The notes under the pieces: generated by a model | Told to the model about the DNA's origin: nothing | The model's input: only the letters and a program-made list of their open reading frames with translations | Databases searched by the model: none | Position numbers and translations under genes: made by a program | Assembly: GCF_009914755.1 (NCBI RefSeq) | Contig: NC_060933.1 | Strand: one strand, 5' to 3' | DNA length: 64,000 nt | Source: the human T2T-CHM13v2.0 reference genome, Homo sapiens | Shown here: positions 14,162-28,533 of the stretch, piece after piece | Layout of the letters: every line of letters starts with the position of its first letter | How positions within the stretch are numbered: position 1 is the first letter of the stretch

Positions 14162-15569
14162 TTAAGGGTTCTGAGAAGTCCTGTAGTAAAATGATGCATT
14201 TAACCACGGTTCTCAACTTTAACTACATAGAAGCTTTTCTTTTTATTACTTTTTTGAATTGCTTTTAAATTTAACTTCATTTTAAAATTTGCGGAATTAG
14301 TTTGTGTAATTCACCTAAAGTCATTAGACCTTTAGAGTCCAAACATTGGAACTAGAAATAATATTAGTGGTTAATTTTATCAACATTTATGTATTCTCTC
14401 ACTTGTTGATGGCTCTCCCATTCACCCAGTCTCCCTTCCTAACCCCGAGATTTCTTCCATTCCTCATGCTAGTCATCTAGTAAGTCTTGCATGTACTGTT
14501 TCCTAAAACCTTAGGAAATCCATCTGCCTTCTTGTCCTCACAGTTAGAAACAAATCTCTCATACAGACTTCTACTATAGCATACTTTCCAAACTTCCCAG
14601 CTTGAGCTTCATCTTTCAATTCTGCCTGAATACTGCAGTCAATGAAGTATTTTCATAGGCAAATCTTGTCATTTTTTTTTTCTCTTTAAAACTCATCATT
14701 GCTCCTTATGACTGACAAGGAACATCCTAGGCTTCTTAGTAGGGCATATAGGTTCTCTCACAGGTTCTTTGTCAGTTTTGCCAGGGTCTCAGAATTGAAA
14801 TTTTACATGTCATCTTAGGAAAGGACAGTTTAAAAGTTTCTCTCATTCAGACTTACACAGTTTCATTTACCATGGTGAGCCTTTGGCTTGGCTCCTTGGC
14901 ATGGCCAGCAAAGTGTTCTCTCAGGAAACATTCTTGGCTTCATCTTCCCAGTCAGTCCTAAATAGGAAAATGATTTTATAAAACAAGTGAGTGAGTTGAC
15001 AATGCTTCAGCTGTAGATGACCCCAGGGTTTGTGTCAGAATAAGAAGCTAAGACCCTGAAGTTTTCTATGATTGATTCTTTGTTCATTCATTTATTCCTG
15101 GTTGCATTGAAGAGGCATTCACTGAGGGGTTATAATATTCCAGGCACTTTTCTAGATGGTGGGGAAAGATGAATAGCACTCAGCCCTTGTCTTTGGGGAG
15201 TTCACTGTATAATGATGAATAAATGTTCTAAATGAAGTGCAAGCGAGCTCCGAAAGTCCCTTCAGTTTACACAATCTGGTAAGCTAGAGCAGAGTAAACA
15301 GCCCACAATAAGAAGACTTACTGTAGCACAATCTAGTTGCCTTGGAATCATCTTTTTTGCCCCAATTGGATTTTAATACACTTGTTGCAATCGATATTCA
15401 TCAGCAGGTGTATAATATTGACAGCATTTCACAATTTCCTGACAAGTGTGTTTAATAACATTTTTTAGAAAAAGAGAAAAAAACTTGAAATGGTATCTTT
15501 TTCATAGTCAGAAAAGCCTATATTAAGGTTACCAGTATTCCCATTATTATTTTACTCAAATATTTTTTA

Positions 15570-15926
<357 letters not shown>

Positions 15927-18900
15927 TTAGTCTTTTTTTCTGGAGAAATCATGCAGTTTTTTGTAGATGTTTTAGGAGCATAGCTTATAGGGTTTGCTTT
16001 GTCATTTTATCTACAAGTATACTTTGAAGTTCAAGTCATTTTTCTTTGAGTTTCTTCGGCTTTAGTAATACCAATTAAAGCTTTCCAGTGAACTCTAACA
16101 GAACAGAGCCATTGTCAAGGATGGTCAAGAAGAGTCAGTGAAATCAGGATCATTGGCCCCTTTATTCTGTTGAAACTGTGTATCTCATCCCATCCTGACT
16201 CTATTGTATTTAGGGGTCCAGATGGAAACCAAGACATTTGATAGACATCCATTGGCGTATGTCTGTTTAGTCTCTTAGGAAGACTCTGACCACTATTTTC
16301 CCTTCCCATCATCAAATGCCTTTTCAATTCACCAGATTTAAAAACTGATGGATTATGTGGAGTGTTTGCTGAAAGCAAAGATTGCTTGTACATACACACA
16401 AGTGAACATACACATATTTCCCCACCCTTAAATTAAAGACATACATTCACCACGAGGGGACAGAAGAGATATAATGAAAGCAGTAGTAATAATCATAATA
16501 AACTTAACTAATTCCATCCAGGAGGGATATGTTTTTATCTGATATACACCCAGCTGTAGCAGGATTAGTACCAGTTTGCTTTTTAATAAATGACAGATTA
16601 CTGTTAAACTGGTCAGCAAATGTAAAATTTTGGAATGATATATAGCTAGGCGGAAAGAAAAGGGAGCTTATTTAAAAATTGGTTCCACTTAATGAAAATT
16701 GACTTTAACTGGGATTTGCTTTAGAAATTCTCCCTCAAGATTTAACTACATCCTGGTGGAATTCTGTGTATTTAGAACATTAACAAAGCTAAGACTTGGT
16801 TTGCCGAGTGTACCCAATATAATATCATCCATTTTGGAAACAAAGAAATGTGTGTTTTTCATAAATACATATGTGGTTTCACATTATTTAATTGCACAAA
16901 GTTATCTGACATCCAAGTATCAAATTTAGGTTACTATATTAATGTGAATTGTTGTGCATTTTTGTGGAGAGGAACACAAATCTATTCTAACCTTGTGTAG
17001 GTGCAAATTTCAAATTTTTATTATCATCTTGTTTTCAGTTTTAGTTTAGAGATCCATTAGTAACTGTGTGGGCAATTTAAATCAACTTCTGCAAATCCTA
17101 TTTTAAATCCCTCTGTTAGACTATTCTACTCCTAGATTAATCAGTTATCAATAACAGTCCTTTGTTCTTTTGGTTTGGTTCGTTCTGTTTATAGTGACTG
17201 CTGGGCTACCTGGGAGGTAAGTGAACTCCTCCTCACAAGAGTGTTCTAGTATGGTATAGTATGGGTGTCCCTGTTAAGGGAAGATTCAAAATCATGTAGG
17301 GATTAGATTAGGTCAAGTTGAGGTCTTTACTAATTTTGAATTTCTATGATTCTAAACAGAGATTTGAGAAAGTTGATAGGGAGAACAGACAGATCAGTTT
17401 CCTTCAATATAATACAGCAGTAGTCGGAAAAGAAAAACCACTATGTAACAAACAAGGGCCCATGGAACTCAGTTGATAATATCAACTGATTTTAAAGTAT
17501 ATATGGCTTAGATAGCAGGTTTGTTTTTCTGCTTCACCTGAGCTTGCATTCCTCACCTCATGTTTGATGAATACAGTCAAACCTAATATTTAGCTGTGAA
17601 CATTATTATAACACCTATAGCCAGTTGAGGTGGGCATGGGCATGAGCCTCACAGGAACACTCAGCTTATTGATTTGTAAACTGAGTCTTGGCAAAGTTAG
17701 GCAACATGGCCAGTAAGAAAAATGACTGTGGCACTTTCTGCCATCGTGCTCTGTGCGATAGCAGCTCCTGTCGAGTGGGTCAGGTGGGCCCATCTGTTCA
17801 CACTCAGCTCCTAGTCAACCGTAGCTGAATTGTGGTCACCAAAGTGAACACTACAACAAAGATCTTCTCTGAGTTCCTGGAGAATTGATCATCCAGGCAA
17901 CTGATTTGGCACACCCCTGAACCCTGCTGTTTGTTCTGTTCTCTTCCTGTTCATCCTTGGATGAGGCCTATAGTGGTATAGAGTCCCTCTCTTGCTCCAT
18001 TTGGTTACTGTCTAGCTATTTCACCGGAAACAAATTATCAGCGCTTCTCTTTCCCAGAGAAAAGGCTATGATAGGACTTGCTTTACAGAGCTATCGTGAA
18101 GGCTGAATAAGATTGCACATATGAAGTATGCAGTCCTGCAATGGGTTTCTTTTAAAAGGAAGGGCCACATTGGATGCATCTTTAAGGACCCAAAAATAGT
18201 CACTATAGAGGCTTGTAAATAATGCGAGCCTGATAACAGCTGTAATTTTCTCTAAAGCATAATTTGTTTTAATTAAGACAGGATTGTGTTCATGGGTAGG
18301 AAATGGAGAGGGCTGATCTTCTCTATTTCAGAAATGTTAGGAGTTACTCCGTGTAAGATCAAGTATTATTACTTCATGTAGTAGAGGCGTGTGACAGTTC
18401 AGGCCCCATGCTGGGCTCTAGATGAGGGTAGTTTACCCTTGCAGACTTGAGCTGGCACTTGGAACCACTTCACAGTGAGAGATTTCATAATCTAGAGCTA
18501 ACTTAGAGAAGAGTATGAACTTTCCATTATTGCTGGAATATCCCTCTATCCTCCTTTCCAAGTGCCTGTCCAAATATTTACAGTAAGTTCCTTTCATACC
18601 TCTGTCAATAATAAATGTTTTTATTCTCTATGAAAGGAATTTTTCAAATTTTACCCCTTCCATATACATTTAAAGGTGATACACATTTCTGAGCAGTTTC
18701 AACATTGGTAATCAATGTTAATATTAGAAATGTCCTTCTTAATTTCATAAACCTGGCCCTCCTGAAAGTCTGAGCATGGTTTTGCCTTTGCTCTGGGATG
18801 AACCAAGTTGTAAAAACTTTTGGCAGGTGTGAGAATAGCTTTTCTTCTCCCAAAAATGGCAATGCTGGGATGGTGGATGTACCCAGAACAGCTGTGTTGG

Positions 18901-21900
18901 TGCTAGTAATTGATTGTGGTTATTTCAGAGAGCATATGAAATATACATTTATTTTCTTAGCTGCTTTGAGTGAGGAATTGAGAAACCTAGTCTGCCTGCC
19001 CCTCTTTCCAGCCAGTGTGAGATGCCCCCACAAAATGGGAAAACTGTGCAGGGGCTCAAAGCATGGAGGATGTAGGAAGGAGTGACCGGAAGTTAATCAC
19101 CTGAGTCCTGCTGAGGCCTCTGTGAACAGATGAGATGAGGTCTGAGAAAAAACAGAATTGACCAGTATGAATTGACATCGAGGGACTATTAAAGCAGCTA
19201 ATTATTTGGGAATTGTTGATTTGGCAAATGAGATAAGGCAGAAGAGAAGGTTGTTTTATTTTGTTTTTTTAATTTTCTCGAATCCACTATTGTTAAGCAT
19301 GTTTTCCTAAAGAAGTTGTTAAGCATTTTTAGGAACACTTGGTGTCAGTACTAGTCAGGGGAAATCAGCACTGGATGAGGCAAGACTGGGTGCATTCTGG
19401 TCCCAGCCTAGCCTCTAACTGGCTCTGGTAACATCATTTCCTTAGTTCCCTTATGTAGAAATGTAAAATTATACTGAATGAAGCTTTTATGTGTCCAACT
19501 TTACATAATATCCATAGGACATTATTCAGCTCCAAAATTGTATTATTTGAAGTTCCTGAATATACAGAATATCTAAAGGTTCATCAAAATAGAATTCTTT
19601 GTATGAAAGCATATTTATTTCCATTGGTAAACACACCCAGTTTTTATTTCATCACACGTATTCTACTATTCTTTCTCCATGTAAGACTGATTTTCTTCTT
19701 CCAGTTATACTGTGAAAATAAACAAAGTAAAAGAAATCTACACAATTGTGATATTGCTGTCAGGAGCCAAGGGTCACACCAACTTGTACACTGTTTTGAT
19801 AAAGTTAAGAAGCAGTGTTAAGTGTGTAAATCCTCAGTGTCAATCAACCCTTATGAAGAAAGGGCATCTCCGATAAGGAAATTGATTCTACTAAGCCTTT
19901 TGTGAGTTGATGTTCTACCAAATTTATATTCTAGCAGATATGGTGGATAAGTAACTCAATTTTTTTCTTTCTATTCACACAATAAACATAAAATTAGCTA
20001 ATGATAGGGTTGTAGGCAAGTTCTGTATTTGCAGCACTGATTCATTGTCCTTGACACTAGTCTTTGACCACCTTACTCACCATTTCCAAGTGTCACTTTA
20101 GAAAACTGACCTGAAGTCCCTAAATTCAGTGCAACGTGCTCTCCATTCATGGACTAGGATATGAACAATATCATGACTAAAAGTAGCTTATAAATGGCAC
20201 TTAAAATTTTGTCATTTACAGTTGATCCTATAGTCATTATTAGGCTCTCTATTTTTTTGAAAGTGAGGTCGGCTGCATTTGATATGCTCAGGAAGCACAG
20301 AAAATGGATTTTCATTTGTGAATGGTAAAATTAATATGATTGCTAATAACTGCATCTGATAACTTCAGTGCATCATTAAAAAGTCAAAAGAACATTAAAA
20401 ATTTCTTGGTTTAGTGACCTATTGTGTGCACAGAAAATCATAATACGGACTACCTGGTATGGGGCTGAAAAGATAGATTGGTGAGGTTCAGATGTGGAGG
20501 AAGAGGAGGGAGTGAAGTCATGTCGCATAAGAAATGGCAAGAAGACAGAAATGAGCAGAAATAGGTTACTATCCACAAAAGCCTTCTTTGCTCCATTTTT
20601 CTCACCAGAGAAGTAGAAAATAACTGCATTTGTATTTCCCATCTCTCTCATCAGCCATCTTTTGAGTGGCTAAGTAGCATAGAATGTGAATAATGAAGGT
20701 ACTCCCATACAGTGTTGTCTGGAAGCCAGTCTGAGGATGTTTAGACAGCCCTTCCTTAGAGTGTCTCTTAGGCTGCATGTGTGGGTCTGGCAGCTGACAG
20801 GCTAAAGCAGGTGCGTAAAGATTGAGACCAGTAGCAGGGCCAGGAACTGGGCTGCTGGAAGTGCTGGACATCAGCAGGTGCTGGTGGAGACCACTCACTG
20901 GTTGTTGGCTGGTTGCTGAGATCAGCTTTAGGGAGCTGTTGCTTTCCATTGGTAAGCATTTTTAATCCTGGAATTTTTGCTTGGAAACAAGTGGAATTAA
21001 TGAACTGTTTCCTTTACTCAAATCACCAAATAAATAAAGCATAATTAATGAGCGTTTGCTTTAAAATACATATAATAGTTCCTCTGTTTACCTTAGTTAT
21101 TCTGAGAGCACAATTATGAAATATTCGAAGTGTAGAAGCAGAACAAGAGAAACCTGGATACTCTCTACATTGCATTGGACAAAACATCTCATATTGTCTC
21201 ATTCAAGTTACTTGTGGATTTTTTGAGGGGATGGATGATCTTATTCCCTGAGTCTTAACTCGATTCCATATAATTAATTTCCCTAACCTCAGCTCCATCT
21301 TACTCGGATGAACTGATTGAAAAAACAAGTCTGGGGCTTAAGTAAGCTCTTATCCCATAGATGTCTTCATACACCTTTACCACGACTACATTATCTCTGT
21401 GCATCACCAAGAATGCTTTCTCCCACCAAGTTATGATAAATGTTATCAAAAAGTTATTTAAATTGCTTAAAGAAGCAATACGTTTCAGAATTCTGGAACA
21501 AACGTTTTGTGTGAGTGCTACAAAAAACAGTAGTTTTTAAAGGGGGTTTTGGTGGTGTTCGTGAGGTTTTTTAATTTTTTTTTTTTTTTTTTGGTCTTTA
21601 CATTATGTTTCTAGATGAGATCTATTTCTTTCAATGAACGCTGTTCTATAAAGCAACAAGATTTATTTCGGAAATGCTAGTCAGAATGTCCTTGAGCTTT
21701 AAAAATAGGAACAGTTCTTTATTTCTTAGCTACTAAGTCATTAGTAGTAAGTGTCCTTGTCTCTCTCCAACTTCTTCCCCTTATCCCTGGATCCCCCTTT
21801 ATCCAGGTAATATGGAGTACGGAATAACCATGGCATAAAGAGCTTACACAGAGGACTGTGCTCTTTTCTCCCCGAGAGGAAGAATATCAAAAAAGATGGG

Positions 21901-23257
21901 GAGTGGAATGACAAGGGGCTTTGATAAGTTGGGTATTGAGGCGGTGCTTGCGAGACATCACGGATGAGTGGAAGTGCCTCATTCCAAAGTTGTTTTGTTG
22001 TGTCTCTTCAAGTCGACATATACAGATCCAGAGGTTCTGATCAGATGCAGGGTCTCGACCTCTTGTCTCTACCACGTCCTAGTTATATGATACTGGGCCT
22101 ATTACTTAATGTTATCAGTTTCCTAATATGGAACAATCCATTTAGTGCTATCTACTTTGCTGATGTTGCTCTAAATTTTGCTCTAAATTAACTAACAATA
22201 TGTGAAAGCTTCTAGCACAGTATCCAGGCACATATTAATATATGCTACTATCTCTCTTACTCCTTTTTATATCACAAGAAACCTAGGTCATTTACTCATG
22301 GCCTTTTAAAAATACTAAGCAATACAGGAGAAGAAAGTAATACTAAAATATCAAATAAAACCTAACTGCACTGACTAAAAAATAATCACATGATTTTAAA
22401 GAAAGAAATTTAGTTCCATCATAGACTGATGTTCTCAAAGCCTGGCTCGGATTGTATGATTTAATTGGTAATCCAGCATAAAGTGGCCTTTTCTGACTTT
22501 CTAAGCCACAAGGAAATCCAATTCTTTTCTATCCTTTAATAATAATGCTGATAGGGTAATACAAATTGATTTTCATAGGGCATTCTTGAGAAAAAAAATG
22601 TGCATTTAGATACAAAGAGAGTATTTACAGGTTGTTCAAATGGATCCTGCATGGATTCCACAATATATTTTGCCTTAAGTTAACTAACTTTTAATGGAGC
22701 ACTCAATTAAATTGAAGAGATTTTTCTTTTTTTGCCATGCAAAGCCATATTTAAATAGCCAATTGCAATCACACTACTTCACCAAGCTAGAAAATGTCAT
22801 TATTTCCCACACTTTAGGAAAATATATGCCTCAAGATTCTTTTCTCTTCATAGTACTCCATGCACCCTCCCTTCTCCCTGCACCCCACATTAAGATTTAA
22901 TTCTTAAATTACTTTTTTTTTTGAGAAATGTGGAGATTTTTAATTTTTTTCCCACATATGTTTTGGTTTCTGGATATTTCCTATGAATGGAAACCCCCTG
23001 TGCCTCTGTAGGAAATGTATCTTTGAATTGCTAATTGTTTAGGATTAACCCCATAGATCTTTAGCAGCTGTCTTGATGGCATTTCCAGCCTGCAAATTCA
23101 GTCTGTTTATTTCTGGGACTTCAATCATAAACCATACTCGCAGGAATAAAGGTCAGATTACCTCCTGGGTCGAATGATGGCAGTCTCTATGCATTCTGTG
23201 GCAGAGCACACAGAATCCAATGACGGGCAGGCCATTGTTCTTCTCTTCCTCTCTCCT

Positions 23258-24164
23258 CGTATTAGCCTGGGCTACTGTAACAAAACAGCACAGACTGGGT
23301 GGCTTAAACCAGCGGTTCTCAACTTTTTTGGTGCCAGGGAACGGTTTCATGGAAGTCAGTTTTTTCACAGAATGGGGGGTTGAGGGATGATTCAAGCACA
23401 TTACATTCATTACGCACATTATTTCTCTTATTACATTGTAATATAAAATGAAATTATACAACTCACCATAATGTAGAATCATGGGAACCCTGAGCTTGTT
23501 TTCCTGCAGCTAAATGGTCCCATCTGGGGGTGATAGGAGACAATGACAGATCATCAGTCATTAGATTCTCGTGAGAAGCAGGAAACCTAGATCCCTCGCA
23601 TGCGTAGGTCATAAGAGGTTCGAGCGCCTGTGAGAATCCATTGCCACTGCTGATCTGACAGGAGGTAGAGCTCAGGCGGTAAGAGAGTAATGGAGAATGG
23701 CTGTAAATACAGATGAAGCTTCACTTGCCTGCCCACCACCCACCTCCTGCTGTGTGGCCGGATTCCTAACAAGCCACGGATCAATTTCGGTTGAGGACTC
23801 CTGGCTTAAACAAGGGAAATTTATTTTCTTATAGTTCTGGAGGCTGGAAGTCCAAGACCACGATGCTTGTAGAGCTGGGTCCTGGCCCTCCTCTGCTTGC
23901 AGATGGGCACCTTCTGGCTGGGTCTTTACATAGCCTTGCTTCTGTGCCTACAATCTGAGAGAGAGAGAGAGAGAGAAAGCGAGCGAGCTAGAGAGATCTG
24001 AGCTCTGTTATCTCTTCCTCTGTTTATAAGGACACCAGTCCTGTGCGGCCCCACACTTATGACCTCATTTAAGCTTAATTGCCTCACTGAAAACCCTTTT
24101 TCCAAATATAGTCACATTGGTCTTTAGGGCTTTAGCATAGGGGAACACAGTTCAGTCCACAGCA
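23258..24164 (-). mobile_element. MLT1 (MaLR) solo LTR split by MER1A; internal (GA)n at about 23957-23996
   Basis: gtattag...gggctactgtaacaaaacagcacagactgggtggcttaaac | aaatttattttc...gttctggaggctggaagtccaaga...ggggaacacagttcagtccacagca. Confidence 0.85.
23310..23803 (+). mobile_element. MER1A-type hAT-Charlie MITE
   Basis: Imperfect TIRs CAGCGGTTCTCAAC / GTTGAGGACTCCTG; perfect 8-bp TSD GCTTAAAC at 23302-23309 and 23804-23811. Confidence 0.9.
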
Positions 24165-25026
24165 CACCTTCGGGACTGTTCTGGTGTCTTCTAGTTAACC
24201 CTTAAGATCTCTTCTTCTCTTCTCTCCATGAGCTCTGTGCATGCAGACACTGATCTCTCTGGGTTTTAATGAGGTTTGGCCAGTGGGGTATGCTGGCCAG
24301 AAACTGGAATGTAAGACGAGGAGATTGGGGGCTCAGGTATGCATTCACCAGCCCCCTGCCTGCAGGTCCAGCACAGGCTAGCATATCCCCTGACCAACTC
24401 CGATTAGCCCCTCTGTCACCAGCTCCAGTGACTCCCCTCTCTCTGTGCCCCTTCAGGCCTGGGAGTGTTTATTGACCCCATGCTGTCCTTTGAGGTTTTC
24501 CTTTACCATGCTCGGTTATAAAATAATTCCCTCAAATTATCTGTTCGACACAAGGACGTCACCTCTGTCTGGAAGGGACATTTTCAGGGCAGCAGCAACC
24601 TACTGTCCTCTCAACTCAGGACTCTCAACCCCGTGGATCCCCAAAGGACCCCTCAGCAATGCCATTGCTCCTTCTTAGTGGTATCTTCCATGAGTGCTAC
24701 TGGAATAGAATGACCTGTGTTCATACTTCTGAGGGAGTCCCCCCTCAGGATGGGATTTCAGGGGACTTGGGGGTTGGAAACTACGTCCTACCTCTTAAGG
24801 GCAAAAGATACATCTATTCTTTATCAGTTCTAATTCTACTGCCAAGTCTGGAAAGGACTTTAGGACTTTTCTGCTCTTATATCCTAAGGCCAAGCTGCAA
24901 TGGAGACATGGGGGATTTGGCCAGAAAGGGTACAATAACCACTAGCCCTCTTTTTGCCCAAAAGAAGACTATTGTAAGGATTAATAGCTCAGGCTGTGGC
25001 TCCAGTCAGTTTTCAAGGTCTGGCGC

Positions 25027-25301
25027 TTTCTTTTTTTGTTTGTTTGTTTGTTTAGAGACGGTCATTCTCTGAGCCCTGTTGCCCAGGCTGGAGTGCAGTG
25101 GTGTGAGCATAGCTGCCTGCAGCCTTGACCTCCTGGGCTCAAGTGATCCTCTCACCCCAGCCTCCCCAGAAGCCAGGAATATAGGCACATGCCACCATGC
25201 CTGGCTAATTTCTTATTTTTTTCTTAGAGACAAGGTCTCGCTATGTTGCCCAGGCTTATCTCTAAGTGCTGGGATTACAGGCATAAGCACTGCACCCAGC
25301 C
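25027..25301 (-). mobile_element. AluJ with internal deletion in the left monomer
   Basis: (TTTG)n tail and ctcctgggctcaagtgatcctc; the sequence jumps from gttgcccaggct to aagtgctgggatt, so the B-box region is missing. Confidence 0.88.
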
Positions 25302-25724
25302 CGTTAGTGAGCACTTCTGAGAGAACCAGTTTGCTCATCTGTAAAATGATGATAATATAAACTTGGATTGTGCAGAGTAATGTTTGTACAGTGCTTGGCG
25401 CATAGAAGGTTTTTTAGAAATGTTAGCCTCTGTTGTTTTTAGTACACAGTGGACCGTCTATGGGTAAAACCCCTTTTGGCCATAACATTAAAAAATTATC
25501 TCTTAACAATTGACTCTTTGTTTTCCCTCTTAGTAGAGGAATTAATGTTCTTGTTTCTTTTTATAAAAGTAAGACATGGTCATAGAAGACTGACATAAAA
25601 AAGAAAATAAAAAGCTTTTCTGATCTTACCATACAAGATAACTTCAATTACATTTTCACTTTATGGTATGCATGGAAATGTATGCATATAGACTTCTTTA
25701 CACACGCCCTTTTTTGTCTTTCCC

Positions 25725-26038
25725 TTTTTTTTTTTTTTTTTTTTTTTTTCCAGATACAGGGTCTTGCTTGCTGTGTCACTCAGCCTGGAGGGCAGTGAAG
25801 CAGTCGTAGCGCGCTGCAGCCTCAAACTCCTGGCTCCAAGCAATCCTTCCACCTCAGCCCCTAAAATAGCTGAGACTAGAAGCATGCACCACCACCCGGC
25901 TATTTCTTTTTAATTTTTTGTAAATATGTGGTCTCACCCTATTGCCCAGGCTGGTCTCTAACTCCTGGACTCAGATGATCCTCCTGCCTTGGCCTCCCGA
26001 AGGACTAGGATTACAGGTGTTGGCCACTACACCCAGTC
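25725..26038 (-). mobile_element. AluJ
   Basis: Poly-T and diverged dimer with J-type gcagcctcaaactcctggctccaagcaatcct. Confidence 0.9.
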
Positions 26039-26209
26039 TACACATTGTTTCCTAAACTGAGACTGTGCTATACCATTTTGTATCCTATGTTTGTAACTAC
26101 ATTATCACAAAAATGCTTCCTAAATATTTTATTAAATATTCTTTAAAATCAAGTTACTTTTTAAAGATAGTTTAATTGAATTTTATTCATGGGCACACTG
26201 TCATAATTT

Positions 26210-26210
<1 letters not shown>

Positions 26211-26244
<34 letters not shown>
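26211..26244. repeat. (AT)8(AC)9 microsatellite
   Basis: Read directly from the sequence. Confidence 0.95.
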
Positions 26245-27253
26245 GTGCTTGTACCATATATGCTTTTTAATTGCATTGTGAGTCTTTGTCTATCATCTGT
26301 GATGGTGCTGTTTAAATCAGGTGGGTTTTGCACAATCCCATATATTCTATTGACCTATCACTGAGGCCCAGTGAGACCCTGATTTTTGCCTGTAACACAG
26401 CCCCTCAGTGTCTGATAGAGAGGGAACATATTGATGATGAGTTGGAACATTCTTTCTTTCCCTCTGGTATGTTGTTGTCTCTGAGGTCTAGACAGGAGTC
26501 CATCACTGTAGTTTCTCAGTCTGACCACCCTCACCATAGTGATGCATAATCCCTCCTAGAGATTGTCATAGCATTGAACAAGATTCTTAGTTTGTGATGG
26601 CTTGGTGATTTCTGTACCTTTCTCTCTATTTCATGAATATTTTGATGAAACATTGAGGGATGGTAAACCGAGCCCAGCTGTCGAGCAGCAATAGCAACTG
26701 AAAGTTTATCCCCCTCTCTATTCATGAATATTTCCAATTCCTGGGTAATTATAAAGCATTTTTTCCAAGTTCAAGGACAAAAAGAAAGGTATGAACAGGT
26801 CTATCAAATCATGTCATAAATATACTGTTCCTTGAGGATTCAAGGTCAGGAAGAGTTTATCACAGATACTCCAGACTTTGTTGTCTCTTTTTCTTCGGCT
26901 CTTTTTCCAGAAATTCTAAGACAGCATCCCCCAAATGCTTTTGCTTCCACCTGGGGACCAGAAAATTAGGGCCTGGAAGGAAGAAAGTCTCTGCCATCAC
27001 TAGCTTTGTGACTTGGGTTCTCACTTCCTAATAGAAAATGATGGATTTGGCCTCAGTGTCTTCCAATTTGCCTTCTAGCTTTAAAATGGCACAATTTCTT
27101 AGGGATTCAGCTGCAGCTATTCCCAGAAATACTTTCCATTTTGGCTTAATTCTCTGTTTTCTCCTGAAGACATCATCTTATAGTCACTTCACTGTGTATG
27201 TCTATATTCTACTTTGCTTCTATTCCTTGATTATTGAGGACTTTAAGAAAGTC

Positions 27254-27553
27254 ATTTTTTTTTTCAAGATGGAGTCTCACTCTGTCGCCCAGCTGGAGTG
27301 CAGTGGCATGACCTCGGCTCATTGCAAACTGCAACCTCCACCTCTCAGGTTCAAGCGATTCTCGTGCCTCAGCCTCCCGAGTAGCTGGGATTACAGGTGT
27401 GCACCACCACGCCTCGCTAATTTTTGTATTTTCAGTAGAGATAGAGTTTCCCCATGTTGGACAGGCTGGTCTTGAACTCCTGACCTCAGGTGATCTGCTC
27501 ACCTCAGCCTCCCAAAATGCTAGGATTACAAGCATGAGCCACTATGCCTAACC
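27254..27553 (-). mobile_element. AluSx-type
   Basis: Poly-T and full dimer; small internal duplication gcaaactgcaacc; degenerate TSD aagaaa(g/t)tc(a/t)ttt. Confidence 0.92.
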
Positions 27554-28533
27554 AAGAAATTCTTTTAGTTATTTTTAGCTACCAAGCTTTGGCATGAAGA
27601 ATGTGACACTGTCTTGTAGCATTCTAAGATAATGTTAATGGATCTATGGTCAAATATGTTTGGAAAAATTATATTAGACTGTATCCTGTTCTTAGAATTT
27701 TACAATAAGCATTCATTTATTAAAGGTTCTTAGAAGTTTTGCAATGAAGAGGCTCACTTAATTTTGTTTAATTCGGGGATTCCCAAACATATGTGATCTT
27801 GAAACCCTTTTATTTATGGTAGCATCCATTAACATCCCTCAGTAATTAGTGTCTACACCACTCATGGGAAGATCAGTTCTATAGAAAGAAGTACACAGTT
27901 AGTACTTGCTTCTGATGCTCACCAACAGTGTAATTCAGCATAGAGGCATAACCTCTCTATACCTCATGTTCCTCAGATATAAATGAGGGTGCATAATAGC
28001 ACCCAATTCATGGCAGATTTGAAGATTTTAAACAATAGTGCATAACTACGGTAATTACAACTAATAATATCCCAACTCTCATATCTCACTCTCTGGGTTC
28101 AAATTTTGGCCCTACCACTTACTGTTTATGACCTTAGGAATATTACTTAACTTCCTTTTAAAAAAAAATTTAATTGAATTACTTAACTTCTGTACCTCAA
28201 GTTTCTCCACAGCATAACGGGGACAGGAATTGTGCCAGCCTCACAGGATCCTTGAAAGAATTCAATGCAGTTCATGTAAAACACTTTGAATTGTGCTTTG
28301 TCCATAAATAATTAGCCATTATTATTGTCATTATGTGTACTCTTGTAACTTTTCTGACCGTTTTAGTCTATAAAACCAACGCCTCTTACTCCACTCCCAG
28401 AAGCTGCTTAAGCCCAGCATATTAAGATAGCAACACACCCCACCTGCACCTACTCAGTTTGGCTCAGTGGATTCTGACCTCTTCATTTAGAGTCATTTCA
28501 CACCATCATTTAGCTTTCTCTGTTTGTGAACAG

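Noticed and set aside
20655-20951. Possible poison cassette exon (ctctctcatcag acceptor, TTG|GTAAGC donor)
   Set aside because: Pseudo-exons of this quality are common in long introns and there is no supporting evidence in the sequence.
24200-24600. Possible LTR16/LTR33-like ERVL LTR
   Set aside because: Only vague similarity to recalled consensus; boundaries cannot be supported.
27038-27535. Longest ORFs in the track (145 aa and 108 aa) and similar ORFs at 7588, 25079, 54451 and 58953
   Set aside because: They are translations of Alu sequence (e.g. [12 protein letters not shown]) with no independent coding evidence.
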